A stretch of DNA of 64,000 bases, taken from the IMG/VR virus record IMGVR_UViG_3300044655_001017, one strand, 5' to 3'. Under the pieces are notes generated by a model. It was given only the letters and a program-made list of their open reading frames with translations, made no database searches and was not told the origin of the DNA. The stretch comes from a virus (Duplodnaviria > Caudoviricetes). Positions within the stretch are counted from its first letter, which is position 1. Every line of letters starts with the position of its first letter. Shown here piece by piece: positions 23,801 to 35,700 of the stretch. The position numbers and the translations under genes are program-made.

Positions 23801-25568
23801 AACTAGTACCAGCCTGGAACTGACCATTTGATGCCAATATTGCAATACCCGGTGTATTGTACCCTGGTTGGAACGTACCAATAGTAACTTGCGACATTTC
23901 AACATTAGTTGCACCTGGTTCTTGAATTGCAACCGAACCAATAGACCCGGTTTGTGGATCTGGTCTAATATCTGCAAGTGTGGTCATGTCAGTGTCTATA
24001 TATACTGATCCTGCTCTGTTATAAGTGTATATACGAATTGTATATTGTGTCCACCCAACTAATTGTGTAGCAGTATTTGATGTATTTGTTGTAGATGATA
24101 ACAACGCACTAGTGTCAACTGGGGTAGACATATTAGTTTTTAGATATGTGAATACTCGATAGTTATCTGCTGTTCTAGTTGAAGTAGTTGCAGCTAGAGT
24201 CCATTGTGATGAAATGTTGTTCATACCCGGAGTTAGTACAACATTAGTAACTGCAACTGGTAATTCTGGCCACGATCTTTCAGAAGTTGCTGTTGATAAT
24301 ACTGATTCGCCACTAACGTTAACTGCTGAAACTTGATACGAATGTAAACTATATACAGTTATACCAGTAGTGTCGTTTATTGGTGATGTTTTAGTGCCTA
24401 ACGATACTCCGTTCCTGTACAATACATAAGAATCTGCACCAGTAGTTGATCCCCAAGTAACTGTTATAGCAGTTTGACTTGTTGCAGTTGCAGTAGGAGC
24501 TGCAGGTTGCGCAGTTTTAGTAGTAAATGATGTTGTTGTTTCAGCCGTACCTGCTTCGTTGATAGTCTGAACTTTTACAGTATATAACGTAGCAGGATTA
24601 AATGACGCTGCTGGAGATGACGTAGAAGATGGATCAAGTGATCGGAACAGATTTGAAATTAACCCACTATTATAAACTTCAGTAAACGGCGACACGGCTA
24701 ACGTTGCAATTACTCTATAATTAATAACAACTGGACTAGTCGATGCTGACCAAGTAACTCTAACCGATGACGAAGTGATAATGGTACATGTAGCTGTTGA
24801 CACTGCAATTGGGAAATCTGGTAACGATCTTGTTGGAGCAGCTGCAGCAGACATTGGACCTACCCCGCCGGTACTCCTACCGGTAACCTTATAGGTATGT
24901 AATGAATAAGTTAACACAGTATGGTCATACGGCATTTGAACACCGGTTACAATTAACGTATCTGTTCCAGAAATAACTTCATAAACATCATAAGAAGATG
25001 CGTATGTTGCAGATGCTGTAACTCTTAATATATTTTTACTAATAACATTAACTACTGGGGTAGTTGGAGTTAGTGGCACGTTTTCTAATGTTAATAAATC
25101 TGCAATTGTTTCTGCAGTTGGTAATGGGGTAATTGCAGTGTTTGACGCTAACAAGTGAACTTTAAATGATGTACCTGCAGTTAACTCTGTTAAATTAGCA
25201 AATAGCTGTAACGGAATGGTTGTAAACTCTTGTATTGGACCATATACAATAGAATCAGTTGCTGCGTCTTTAACTGTAACAGTGTACTTATTACAAATAC
25301 CATCTGATGCTCCCCATGACACTCTAGCAGTAGTTTGGTAAACTAGTGTAAATTGCGGATTTTTTGGTTTACCAATATTTGATTTACCAAATCCGTCCCA
25401 AAGTGAAATTAGTGCTTGATCGTTAGGCTTTTGAAACAAATTACGCACAGTAACTTGATTTAATGAAATAGGTGTATTTGGCGCAAAAAACAATTCAACA
25501 TTAACTTGAGACATTGAAATCGAATTCTGAGCATTAGTAGATGGATTTCGTTCTAATGGTAGTGTCAT
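20841..25568 (-). CDS. fibronectin type III / Ig-repeat tail-associated protein
   Basis: 1575 aa, Thr/Ser-rich, repeated W...Y.V FN3 patterns; N-terminal ISMSQVNVEL motif typical of tail-fibre-associated proteins. Confidence 0.7.
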   Translation of the reverse strand: MTLPLERNPSTNAQNSISMSQVNVELFFAPNTPISLNQVTVRNLFQKPNDQALISLWDGFGKSNIGKPKNPQFTLVYQTTARVSWGASDGICNKYTVTVKDAATDSIVYGPIQEFTTIPLQLFANLTELTAGTSFKVHLLASNTAITPLPTAETIADLLTLENVPLTPTTPVVNVISKNILRVTASATYASSYDVYEVISGTDTLIVTGVQMPYDHTVLTYSLHTYKVTGRSTGGVGPMSAAAAPTRSLPDFPIAVSTATCTIITSSSVRVTWSASTSPVVINYRVIATLAVSPFTEVYNSGLISNLFRSLDPSSTSSPAASFNPATLYTVKVQTINEAGTAETTTSFTTKTAQPAAPTATATSQTAITVTWGSTTGADSYVLYRNGVSLGTKTSPINDTTGITVYSLHSYQVSAVNVSGESVLSTATSERSWPELPVAVTNVVLTPGMNNISSQWTLAATTSTRTADNYRVFTYLKTNMSTPVDTSALLSSTTNTSNTATQLVGWTQYTIRIYTYNRAGSVYIDTDMTTLADIRPDPQTGSIGSVAIQEPGATNVEMSQVTIGTFQPGYNTPGIAILASNGQFQAGTSSLTTGWVSTATVIPDGSGNIVFKARMNASSSETTTVTSTFAIGDGTRTFSVTTRDPNPPTGVSATGGIGIATISWTNLGYTYIVSGGGQSKTVSNVGSVVLGDSVSTRISGNITFSVSARNALGGTSSPSTASASVTPMPVFTYTRSAASVDEGGGFATFGISTTNVSNNTSYNWSISGVSAADFSSMTTSGANNTYNIAPLATSGSFVVYNNIASLTFLMAADHLTEGPETITFQLTGSPIGDFSNGNISMTVGDTSLNPVLIPSPRVGDLPVRFDCDLLSEQNTSVLVQGVEPSWTTIPVSCLSGTIFATGMAGYATSGNATSNGSGEFTLYLRRTASGSYKTAVSMEFSVGGTTQGGWTIVTTPDEVFTVSPTSLTAGTSATLTISGAYANNTFVIDRISSTGYITDANALISGSVDSNGSWSITAPTVNSGTCKFRVTFSPNGHTRTTVTLTVNPDTTPNDFALTLTPGSSTSPAPSSVTGAATTITGLTPYATVFISWSVLGFSSPYLMHGLTGINSIPSSGISVTATSGGDIYIGFSAYTSSTWGGANTLSLTVGTKTNTSAFSITNRSPVTTPNTITFSGNTTGVALNTNISPDAFTVTGLESSYSIRITITGSNATAFGFQASSPNTSQFTVSGSGYGDVITSSTGTFTLIPYVRSATSPLTSRYISLTVGTGTATFATTTVNVAPSTPTISSVTSTAVSISISWSATFTGGVETGWEVGATSPTNVTTGANALAASTRNYTFTGLTHSTSYSIYVTPYNSIGAATPATTTKATTTPTIGTFAWSPNPVANGGSSTFSGSLSGGVGLTGSIAIVATSAGTWSTEVSTLITSNPQTISWTLNTASYTARSDHTYLASAYFIGIVNYTSGTQVLTVSAPVVPFTGILVSGSITPSSPWSYFYTATHTRTYTFTVMGTSVVPFDVVLAVNGTEYDLDQVRNAQNQNIGESISLAFTVGAEVAISVRGYTGTLSGSFSLQIS

Positions 25569-26659
25569 TATTCTCTACCTTTTAACTCGTTAATTTCTAC
25601 TTGTTGTGCTTTAATACATTCAATTAACAACGGTATTAATTTTGAATAATCAACTGCTAACATGCCATTATCACGTTCATTAACTGCTTCTGGTAATACT
25701 GATTGCACTTCTTGTGCAATTACGCCAACATCGTATTTTTTAAATAACGCTTGGTCCTGTGTTGCATAAAAATCATCATTCCAGTTAAACGTATTGCCAG
25801 ATAATGCATTTAACTTGTTAATTGGATCATTAATAGGAGTAATATTTTCTTTTAATCTTTTATCTGATAAACTATACGCAGTAACGTTACCAGTTGCTGA
25901 AAAATCCCCGCCAACAGTTACATTACCGGTTGTTGCAATAGCTAACGGAGTAGCAAACGTACTAGTTGCAGTAATAGCCGCTGCAGCAGTAGTCGATGTA
26001 AATGTAGGCGATACTGCATATGCAACGGTACCGGAACCATTAAATGTAACTGTTGCTGGATTACTGTTAGTTGTATTAAAAGTTAATGTTGAGTTTAATG
26101 TTAATATTTTCCCATCAACACCATCAAATGTAAGTGATTTTTCAAAAGTTAACGTTTTATTATCAATCGTGCCAGTTGACGTAAATGTAAGAGATTTTTC
26201 AACACTTAACGTTTTTCCAGTTGCAATTGTTAATGTTGTAGTTGCACTTGACCCTGCAGAAGGAGCAGTAATAACTACTCGATTTATAGTATCTGAATAA
26301 CTAGGGTACCATTCATTACCGTTTATGCTGTCTACTACATACGTTAAATATATTGGTTTAAATACCTCAGCCGATACTGAAATTGAAACGTTACCTGTGC
26401 TAGCAATACTAAATTTTCCAGTTGGTATTAGCGTAAGTTGACCACCATTAACAAATGTTGGAGGAGGTATAATATTAACTATTTGTACAGTGCCACTAAC
26501 AAATGAAATTTGAGTAGTAGGTGAAATATTTGTAGCAGATGCAAGCGTTGGAGTAGCTGTTCCAACATCAGCTACTCCTACATAATCTAAAAATGCCAAT
26601 CGACCTAAATCGCCATTAGTTGGTACTTGGTTTGGTTTATTTCCAATAAAACTACTCAT
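25568..26659 (-). CDS. tail fibre protein with C-terminal S74 intramolecular chaperone
   Basis: SDKRLKENI, GVIAQEVQSVLPEAV, VDYSKLIPLLIECIK. Confidence 0.88.
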   Translation of the reverse strand: MSSFIGNKPNQVPTNGDLGRLAFLDYVGVADVGTATPTLASATNISPTTQISFVSGTVQIVNIIPPPTFVNGGQLTLIPTGKFSIASTGNVSISVSAEVFKPIYLTYVVDSINGNEWYPSYSDTINRVVITAPSAGSSATTTLTIATGKTLSVEKSLTFTSTGTIDNKTLTFEKSLTFDGVDGKILTLNSTLTFNTTNSNPATVTFNGSGTVAYAVSPTFTSTTAAAAITATSTFATPLAIATTGNVTVGGDFSATGNVTAYSLSDKRLKENITPINDPINKLNALSGNTFNWNDDFYATQDQALFKKYDVGVIAQEVQSVLPEAVNERDNGMLAVDYSKLIPLLIECIKAQQVEINELKGRE

Positions 26660-26722
26660 TATTTCAACCCTTTAATAAATGTGTGTATATCTTTAAAACT
26701 ATATTTTGTCATATTTAATTCC

Positions 26723-29700
26723 TTATTGAGTTGTAATCGATTGTATTTCTGCGTTAGTTAACTGTTTTGGATAATATGCAAATCTTGCAATTGTTTGCGC
26801 ACCTGCGTTATTACCAATGTTTAATCTAATCATACTACTTGTAATTATTGCAAGATTATCTGTTTCTGCTACAGTTCCATCATAGCTATATGCACATAAA
26901 TTAGCTTTATATGATAACGCGTGTGTTACTACACTATTTACTGTTGAGGTTGTTAATCCAGTAAAATTAAACTGTGTAAGCGACGCAGAAGTCCCATATG
27001 CATCATATACTAACGAACCTGATCCATTTGAACTACACCGTAGCGACATTACTGATGATGTATTAATATTTGCAATAGTGGCAGCACCGTAATCATTTAC
27101 TGTAGCCGAAATTGCAGTTGCACTATGCGACACAATTAATGTTCCTTCATCCGATCTATACCAGCTAGAAAAATTATTGCCATCAACATATGCATCATCT
27201 GAATTTCGTAACACTGCTAACGTAGTAGTTGGAATATAACTTGTTACAAATGCACCTTCTTCTAACTGAGCACCCCACATAATAATAGAATCACCTGATG
27301 TTGCAATTTTTATTGCAACACGATTGTCAGATGTTGAATTAGTAAACGTGTATCGAGTTAATGTTGGAGTGATAGTAACTGGATACCAGTTAGTTCCATT
27401 ATCCATTGTTATACTAATAATACCTGTTCCTGCTACACGTTGCAACCATACAGAGAATGTTCTATATACAGGCCCATTGTCAACACTACCTGATATTGCT
27501 ACAGTTGCATTTGCAGCCAATGCAGCAAATTTAATTGCAGTAGTGCCATCTGGTGCAATTACACCAGAATCAAGTGTTCTATCAATACTAGTATCAGTCC
27601 ACACTTTTGCTGCGCCAGTTGTTTCAAATGTTGCAGAAAATGTTAATTGATTAGTACGAGGTTCTTCAAGTAACAATCCGTTTGATACTCCAGTTACTGG
27701 GTTGTAATCAAATCTTGGTTGGCCTGCAACTGCAGTTTTTAAAATACCTTCTTCATTATAATAAGTTCCAATTGTATTACGAACAAACGTAATTCTTGGA
27801 TCCAATGTTCTGCTATTTGCAAAATCAAATATTACAGACGGTCTAATCTTTGGTCTTGATACACTTGCTGTTAACCCTTCAGCTGATGAATTAAATGTAC
27901 CGTTTGAAGTATCAAGCGAACTACCAGCAGCTAATTCCCAGGTTCCTGTAATTGTACCAGCAGTAGCAGTTGCACCAGTAGTAAGTGTAGTTGATTTTAA
28001 TGTATTATTAGTTCCGGAAATATCTAATGTTCCGTAAACTGTTGTAATATTATTTGTATTTGCATCACCTACTGATGTTAAGAAATCAAAGTTACCAGGA
28101 GTTGTTAACACTAATTTAGTTGTTGCTGGCGTATTTAACGCAGTAGATACAGTATCAACAATTTTATATCCGTCAACTTTTAATTGTTTAGTATCGATTT
28201 CACCTAACGACCCTGTTTGTACAATTTTTGAATTCTCACCAGTTGTAGTATACCCAATAACTGTATATGCACTAGCTTTGCCTGACGTAATGGTAGATGC
28301 AACCATAACACCTACTGATGTAAATGATGCATTTTTAACACCATCGCCTGCAATAACTATTGCTCCAGGAGTTAGTGTAGTTACTGCGCTATTTCCAGTC
28401 CCTGTTGTTAAGTTACCTAAAATTGTGCTATTTGGAATAAATTGCAACTTATCAATTGTAACACCTGTAGAGGTTGTAGTTGATGTGAGTAATTCAATCC
28501 ATCCGTTTGTTGCTACAAATTGAGCACTATTAAAACTTGCTACACCTAAATCTACTTGAGCAATACCAGTTGCATTTGCTCTAGTTGATGCTGCAGATAA
28601 CGATAGTTTACTCTGTGCAATTTGAGCAGTTGTACTAACCATGCTATTAACAATTTTACTAGATCCAATAGATGCTGTTAATATACCACCACTAAACGAT
28701 AATGATACGTCACCATTTACAGTTTCATTTAGCCATTTGCTTGTAACAGTATCATAAATTAAAACTTGTGCAGATGATAACGCCGAAACTGTAATGTTTA
28801 CATCGTCCATTTCTGAAATAGTATTGTTTGAATCAATTAAATCATCAACGTAACCTTTAGTAGCAGCATCAGTTGAAATTGCAGGAGTTAATACACCTGT
28901 TATACGATGTCCACCTAATGGTAAATCACCGATCATTGTTAACCCGCCATTTAATGGCATAAATCCTGGACCAATAAATGATGCAAACGGTAATGGAGAA
29001 CCACCGTGATCTAACCCTAGTCGTTTATCAATATATCCACGTACTGCACTTTGCACTGGAACCGAGTCAGCGGCATTGTTAGTCATTGATGAATCTGATG
29101 AAAACTCGTTAACTACTACTCCTCGACTAAAACCAAATCCTTCAATATTTGATAACGAGATTTTAGCACTAAAAGTTACAGTACCAGTACCTTGGTCTAC
29201 TGAGAAGAAACGTCCTACTCTAAATATACCATCTTGGTTAGTTGACACATAGAAACACCGTCCTACACCTTCGTCAAGTGTTTCATTTGAAATTTGACGA
29301 CTTAATGCAGGTTCACCATAAATTGAATATGGAATGTTAGTTGTGCTGTAACCTCCAGTACCGATGTCGCAGAAATCATGTCCAGTAGCACGACATGTAC
29401 TAATACGAGTTGTTACTTGAGCACCTACATTAATTGCATAACCAACTACTAATGTATATGATGAATTTGTATCAAATGGTTTACTAATACCTAGTGTACT
29501 ACTTGTTCCAGCTGTATTAGCTTTAGAAATTGTTGTTGTCCCAGATCCATAAGTACCTGGATTAAACGGATAAAATACAGTAGCATGAGTTGTGTCCGCT
29601 GCAGAAATTACTTGAACAAAACCATTGTATAACGTGTTGCTGTTACCTAGTATTTGGTACCATGTGTCAACTGTTGGAGTTTCACTTAACGCTTGGCATG

Positions 29701-32700
29701 TAAATGCTACCGAATACCCAGCAACACTATTATACGTTACCTCAGTTGGTGCACCTGCTGCAGTTACATTTTTTGAAGTATTTGTTCCAAATGTTCCAGG
29801 ATCACCTGAATATAATAACGACATTTGAGTTACTGTAATACCCGAAGATGATGTTGAGTCAATATAAACCGGAGTTGATAATACTACCGTTAATACTGCA
29901 GGAGTTCCTGTAAACACAGTACCCGGTGCAGGTGTAATAGTAACAGTTGGTTGTGTAGTATAACCGTACCCGCGTAATACAACTTTAACTTCGTTGATTG
30001 TACCATTAACTATTGTACACGTTGCAGTTGCTTGTTGAGTTGGCGACCCTCCCTCAATTGTTAACAACGGTGCAGCATCATACCCGCTACCACCTGTTGT
30101 TACATCAATTCTTAACACACTAGCAGCTAATGTTGCTCTAATAGGAGAGCCGTTTGGTGCCCAACATGACGGACTTACTACAATTTCATTAGTTGTTGGA
30201 TTAACTGATTGTACAATTGACCCTGCACTATTCATACGTGCTGTTTTAGGTGTTTGAATTGCAATTTGTAATGAAGTACCATTAGTAAAAGTAGTTAACT
30301 GCGGACCGCCTGCTGATGCACTTAATGTAAATGTAGTACCTGCAGGAGTAGTTTTTACATAATACGTAACAGTTGAATCTAACCCATTAGTAGTTGAAGT
30401 TGATGTAATTGGATCATTTACTACTAATTGATGACTAATACTAGTCGTAAATAAATTTGATGCAATAGTTGTAATAGTAACCTGTGATGTTACAACCATA
30501 CCTGCAACATAACCAGTAGTAGAACCAATAGTCAACGTAGTTTGATCAACTACGGCAGTTACACGATGTGAACCATTATATGCAGTATTTGAATTTCCTT
30601 CAACTGTGATAAAACTATCAACTTTTGGTAACAAATTATATTTGTTATAAGGAACATCAAAAGTTACAACTTTATTAACAACACTTCCAGTTTGTAATGT
30701 ACTACTGTTAAACGACATTGCAGGAGCTGCAGTTCCGTCGGCACTATTATTAATAATAGCATTAGATGAAACTTCAATATATCCATTAGCATTAACACCA
30801 AATGAGAAAATACTACCTGCCGACGGAGACCCAGTACCACCGCTTACAACTACTTCAGTTAACGCACTTGTGCTATTATATGTAGAACTTACTACAGTAC
30901 CTATAAATTCAATAACACTAGTACCTGCATTTTTACCAATAATTAACGATCCATCTTCAATAGTGCCTGCACTTCCTGAAACAGTTAATGTCGTTGACAC
31001 ATAACCAACAAATGTTCTAATTGCTGCAAATGTTGGAGATACATAACGTAAAACACGGTGTAATCGTCCGTTCCATGCAGTTATATAAGTACCTTTATTA
31101 ATTTGGTTAATTACTGCTAATTGTGATATTTGAGATATTGCAATTTTAGTATCACCAATTTTTGAACCTTGTGTAACAAATGAAAAGCTAATAGATTGAG
31201 TTGGTGTACTAGTTGGTGTTGCACTTAACGTAAGCGTTAGTGTTCCTGAACCAGAAACAGTTAATACAGTTTGTCCAGCAAACCCGATACCTGTAATAGT
31301 ATGTCCGGGTAAAATTGTTCCAACTACATTGTTAACTGTAATTGTAGTACTTGATGTACTACCGGACACGATTGTTGCAGTTATACTAGAATTTGGATCA
31401 CCGTTAATAATATTAATTGGATCAACATAGAAACTATAATATGCAAATGAATTATCACTTTGTAAAATTGCAATATTATTACCTAATAAGTCACCTGTAG
31501 ATTCTGTTAAGTTATATGCAATGATACGATATACATCATTTAAATTATCATTATATTGTAACGCAGTTGATGGTCTTGTTGGTTTAACGTTATCAACATT
31601 AATAAACTTCATATTTTTCATTGAACGAATCGTTACTACTTGCCCATGGTATAACTCTTTTGCTAAACCAGAAGTTGTAGTATTTGATTCACCCGATGAG
31701 CTTAAATTTAACTTAAGAACAATTTGGTTTGAAACTTGAATAGTTGTATACTCAACTGATGTGATTGAGTACTTAGTAATAATACCACCGTTAACTGTAT
31801 GGTCAATTTCTAAATTTGCACCATTAGTTGGGATATAATCATAACCAATGATCCATAGTGCAATTGCGGGAGAAGTGGCAGTTGGTGTCATTTCTGTACT
31901 AACTAGCCCTTGTTTATAAACCCGTGCAGTTTGAATCATATGATTCGCTAAGTTAGTACTGTCTGGTAACTCAGTTACGTCATAACCCGACGCCCTCATA
32001 CCGTAATTACCAAACGTGTTAGAACAACCAACACCTCTAACGTTACTACCGTTATTAGCCCATAACCCTGTGTGCGCATAATACGTAAATGTACATACCT
32101 GTTCAGTAAACGCACCATTTGTTGCAATAACACCATATGCTAAGTCGTTAAGCATAGCAAAGTCGTTACCTAACATCGAACGGTTACCGCCTGTTTCTAA
32201 ATTAACTCTTAAGTTAGCACCGTTATTTAAGAAAGTTGTTACGGTTGTTGCAACAGTTGTCATTGCAGCAGTCATTGTGTTATATGCAGTAGTATTTGCA
32301 CCATCTGCTAACGTTGGAAATACAACAGTTGGGGCAGATGTAAACGCACCATCTGCAATGTAATCAATTAACAGATCACACAATGAATTAACTGAAGTAA
32401 CATAGCTAGCTGGGGAACTAGGTGGGTTTGCGGTAATTTGTGTTAAATTGTTGCCAGGAGATTTAATCCAACTAGTGTTAGCATTGATGATGTATCCAAG
32501 TATAGTTTTTAACCGTGTTTGTGCACCTGTGCATACTAAAGTTATACCTTGAATGATAGCAGTACCATTAAAATAAAAAGAAATTGCACTATCGTAGGTT
32601 TGGCTATTACCGCCATAGAACACGTCATAAGTAATTGCATCAACAATATACCCGATATCACGTTCGCTAGTTAGCACGTTGTACTGCGGATAGTTACTAA

Positions 32701-35700
32701 GTGTAAAATTGCTTGCAATCCACGAACTAATTTCTGAGTTAATAAATGACTTATTAAGTTGAATAATATCACGAACTTTATTTTTATCAGCAGTTGCACT
32801 AGTTGACCATGTTAATGTTGGAGTTGCATTTACCCCATTCGATAGCATACTTGTTACTACACGCACATTATCTGTTAAAATAGATGTATTTGAAAAATAT
32901 TCATTACCTAGCGATGTAGCCTTATTAATACCTGCAACTGTTAAATCTTGCAATCCGCCAATCAACGCACTTGAATAAGGTCTTAAGAATGCTCTACCGG
33001 CATGTACTGAACGATAATTAGTTCCTAAAATAACATCAGTTGCAGCAGCATCAAGCACATATCCTACATCTCTCTGTGCTTTAACCTCATCATAACTAAG
33101 AGCTTGTGTGATTGGGTCATACATATAAGTAGTTGACGTATTTAATCGTAATACTACAGTTTTAGATGTTGCATCAAAACTTACAATATCATCAATCTGA
33201 TATCGTTTACCTCTTACATAAAACGAACATGGAGGTTGAGGTGGCCTAATATCAAGACCACTATTTGTTTCACCTACTACGGTTATAGTAAGACCGTAGT
33301 CTTCAATTTGAGTAATAGTTCCATATACCCTTCCGGCAAATCCGTCAATGAACATCCCGCCAGCAAATCGTTTATAGTTGTTACTTTGTGAAAAACTAGA
33401 ACATTCTTGAATATAAGGAGACTTAGTTTTAATGTTACCTTCTGGATCAAGTACCATACCAAATCCGCCATGTCCTTGGAATGTAACACCAATAATACGA
33501 TTTCCTTCATTACATAAGAATACGTCAATTAATTTATTATTCTTAGCAGTACTTGTTACATCTAATGGATTAGTTAAATAATGACGTCCATAATTGATAG
33601 TTCCAAATATTTTCCAATCATTGGCTTCATATAAACCGGCATTTGTAAACGGATAAATTACTGTACAGTTAAACGTATTACCGCTTACAGAGTCAATTAC
33701 GGCTTTACCTCGTTTTGCATTACCATTAGTAACATTGGTATCGGCAACAACTTTTCCAACCCAACTTAACAATGCTTGATAATTGTCACTTAGAGTAACA
33801 ACAATCTTATTAGTAACACCATCAAGTGTTGCAGTGATACCTTCAGGAGCGTAATTTGTTCCAGTGTAATCAACTAACCCAACTTCTAAACCATCAATAA
33901 CTGCATCGCGATAGAAAAATATTTTACGCCATGGACTTTGACTGATTCGATCTTTAGGACGAATTAGTGTCCTACGCATTTCATCACCACGTATTGAAAC
34001 GTTTGGTGGAAGTCTTAATGGATAATCTTCGTAGTAAATACCGCTTTCAACAAAAATTGTAATATTTAAATCTTGAACAGTTTCGCCAAATTCTAATTGT
34101 TCGTTAACTTTAAAAAATCCCGGTTTAGTTAACCGAACTTGAATAGTGTCAACATCTGGTAATACACCAACACCGGATGTATCTTCACCTGGTGCATATT
34201 TTACAATACTTGCATACGCCTCAGATGCTATAATTGACGGAGTTACACCAACTGCTGGCGCGCCAACGCCTACTACTACTTTTGCAGGAAAAATATCATT
34301 GTTTAACGGAGATCCTTGATCTACGAACCCACGGCCGCCATTATCAACAGCAATATGCCATATGCCAGTACCGTACGACGGTGTTGATGCTGCACTTATA
34401 CCAAATTGGATAATATTAGTAATAGTTTGCATACCTGATAAAAATTCATCTTGTGTTGTTTCGTCAGTGACACTAGTAGTTGTGCCAGTTACTCCAATTG
34501 ATGCAGACGGACATTGCGATATAGATGAGAACGAATATACTTGTGCAATTAGTTGATACCTGATTGCAGAAGTTTTAGTTAACACTTGTAAACCAACTCT
34601 AGTTGCAAATTGCAATGCATCTAGTGATTGTAAATAATGTGTTCCTCCAACTGCAATAGTTCTTGCGCTTGCATTTTTATAAAAACTTTTTCCAGAGGTA
34701 ACTGACTGTAACGTTCCTCCAGTAATTAAATCAATTGATAACCCGTCAATAATGTTACCTATATCTCTAAAACAGCGTGATTCGTCATATACAAATCCAC
34801 CTGCAAACTTTTCAGACACATATGTTGTAGTGCTAGTAGTAATTGCAGTAATATTAGATAAAATTAAATTACGCAACCGAATTGATGTAGTGTATGTACT
34901 ACCAACAAATGTTTCTAAATTAACAGGCACTGCTTCAGTAACTGATAAGTTTAATACTCCTATAATTGAATTAAATTTAGTATCAATTAACAACGCAACT
35001 TTGTTTGTTGTATCGCCGGTTATATTACCAGTAATATACGATAATGTTTTAGTTCTTGCAGTATTAATCACGTCTTGAGTAATAAGGGTAGATCCAATAA
35101 TGCTAAGTTGTTGAGCTGCACGAAAACTTGCAGTAGTTCCGCCAAATGTTATATCATAACAAATTGCAACAACAATATTGTTAACTTCTTGTATAAGTTT
35201 TGGAACATTGATTGTAATATTAGATGCAGTACCAGGACCGTATGTAGCAACAATTCCGCCAGGACCGCTAACAGTGTCTGTTGCAATAGTACTAATTACT
35301 GAATACGTAAGTATTGATCTTGCTTGTGATATCATTGCAGTAGTAATGCCAGTATTAACTGTTACTGTTAATAATGGATAACTTGGTAATTGTGTTGGTA
35401 CAGAACCAGATTCAACAATATCAATAATTGTTTGAAATAACGTTGCAATCTTATCTTGATTGTCAGTATCATTAATTACTGGGTAAAACTGATCCATATA
35501 CCACGAAGTTGATGTAGTTAATCCAGTAGTATAAACACTACGAGTAGTTTCAATTGCAGTAAACACTGTTTGTAATTCAACTGCACTGGTTAAAATATTT
35601 GGATACGCAATGCTTACTGGAACATTTAAAAAGTCAGTTACTATAGTTGCAATCAACTCAACATTGTTAGTTACTGAATCAGTTGCAACTTCTCCCTGCA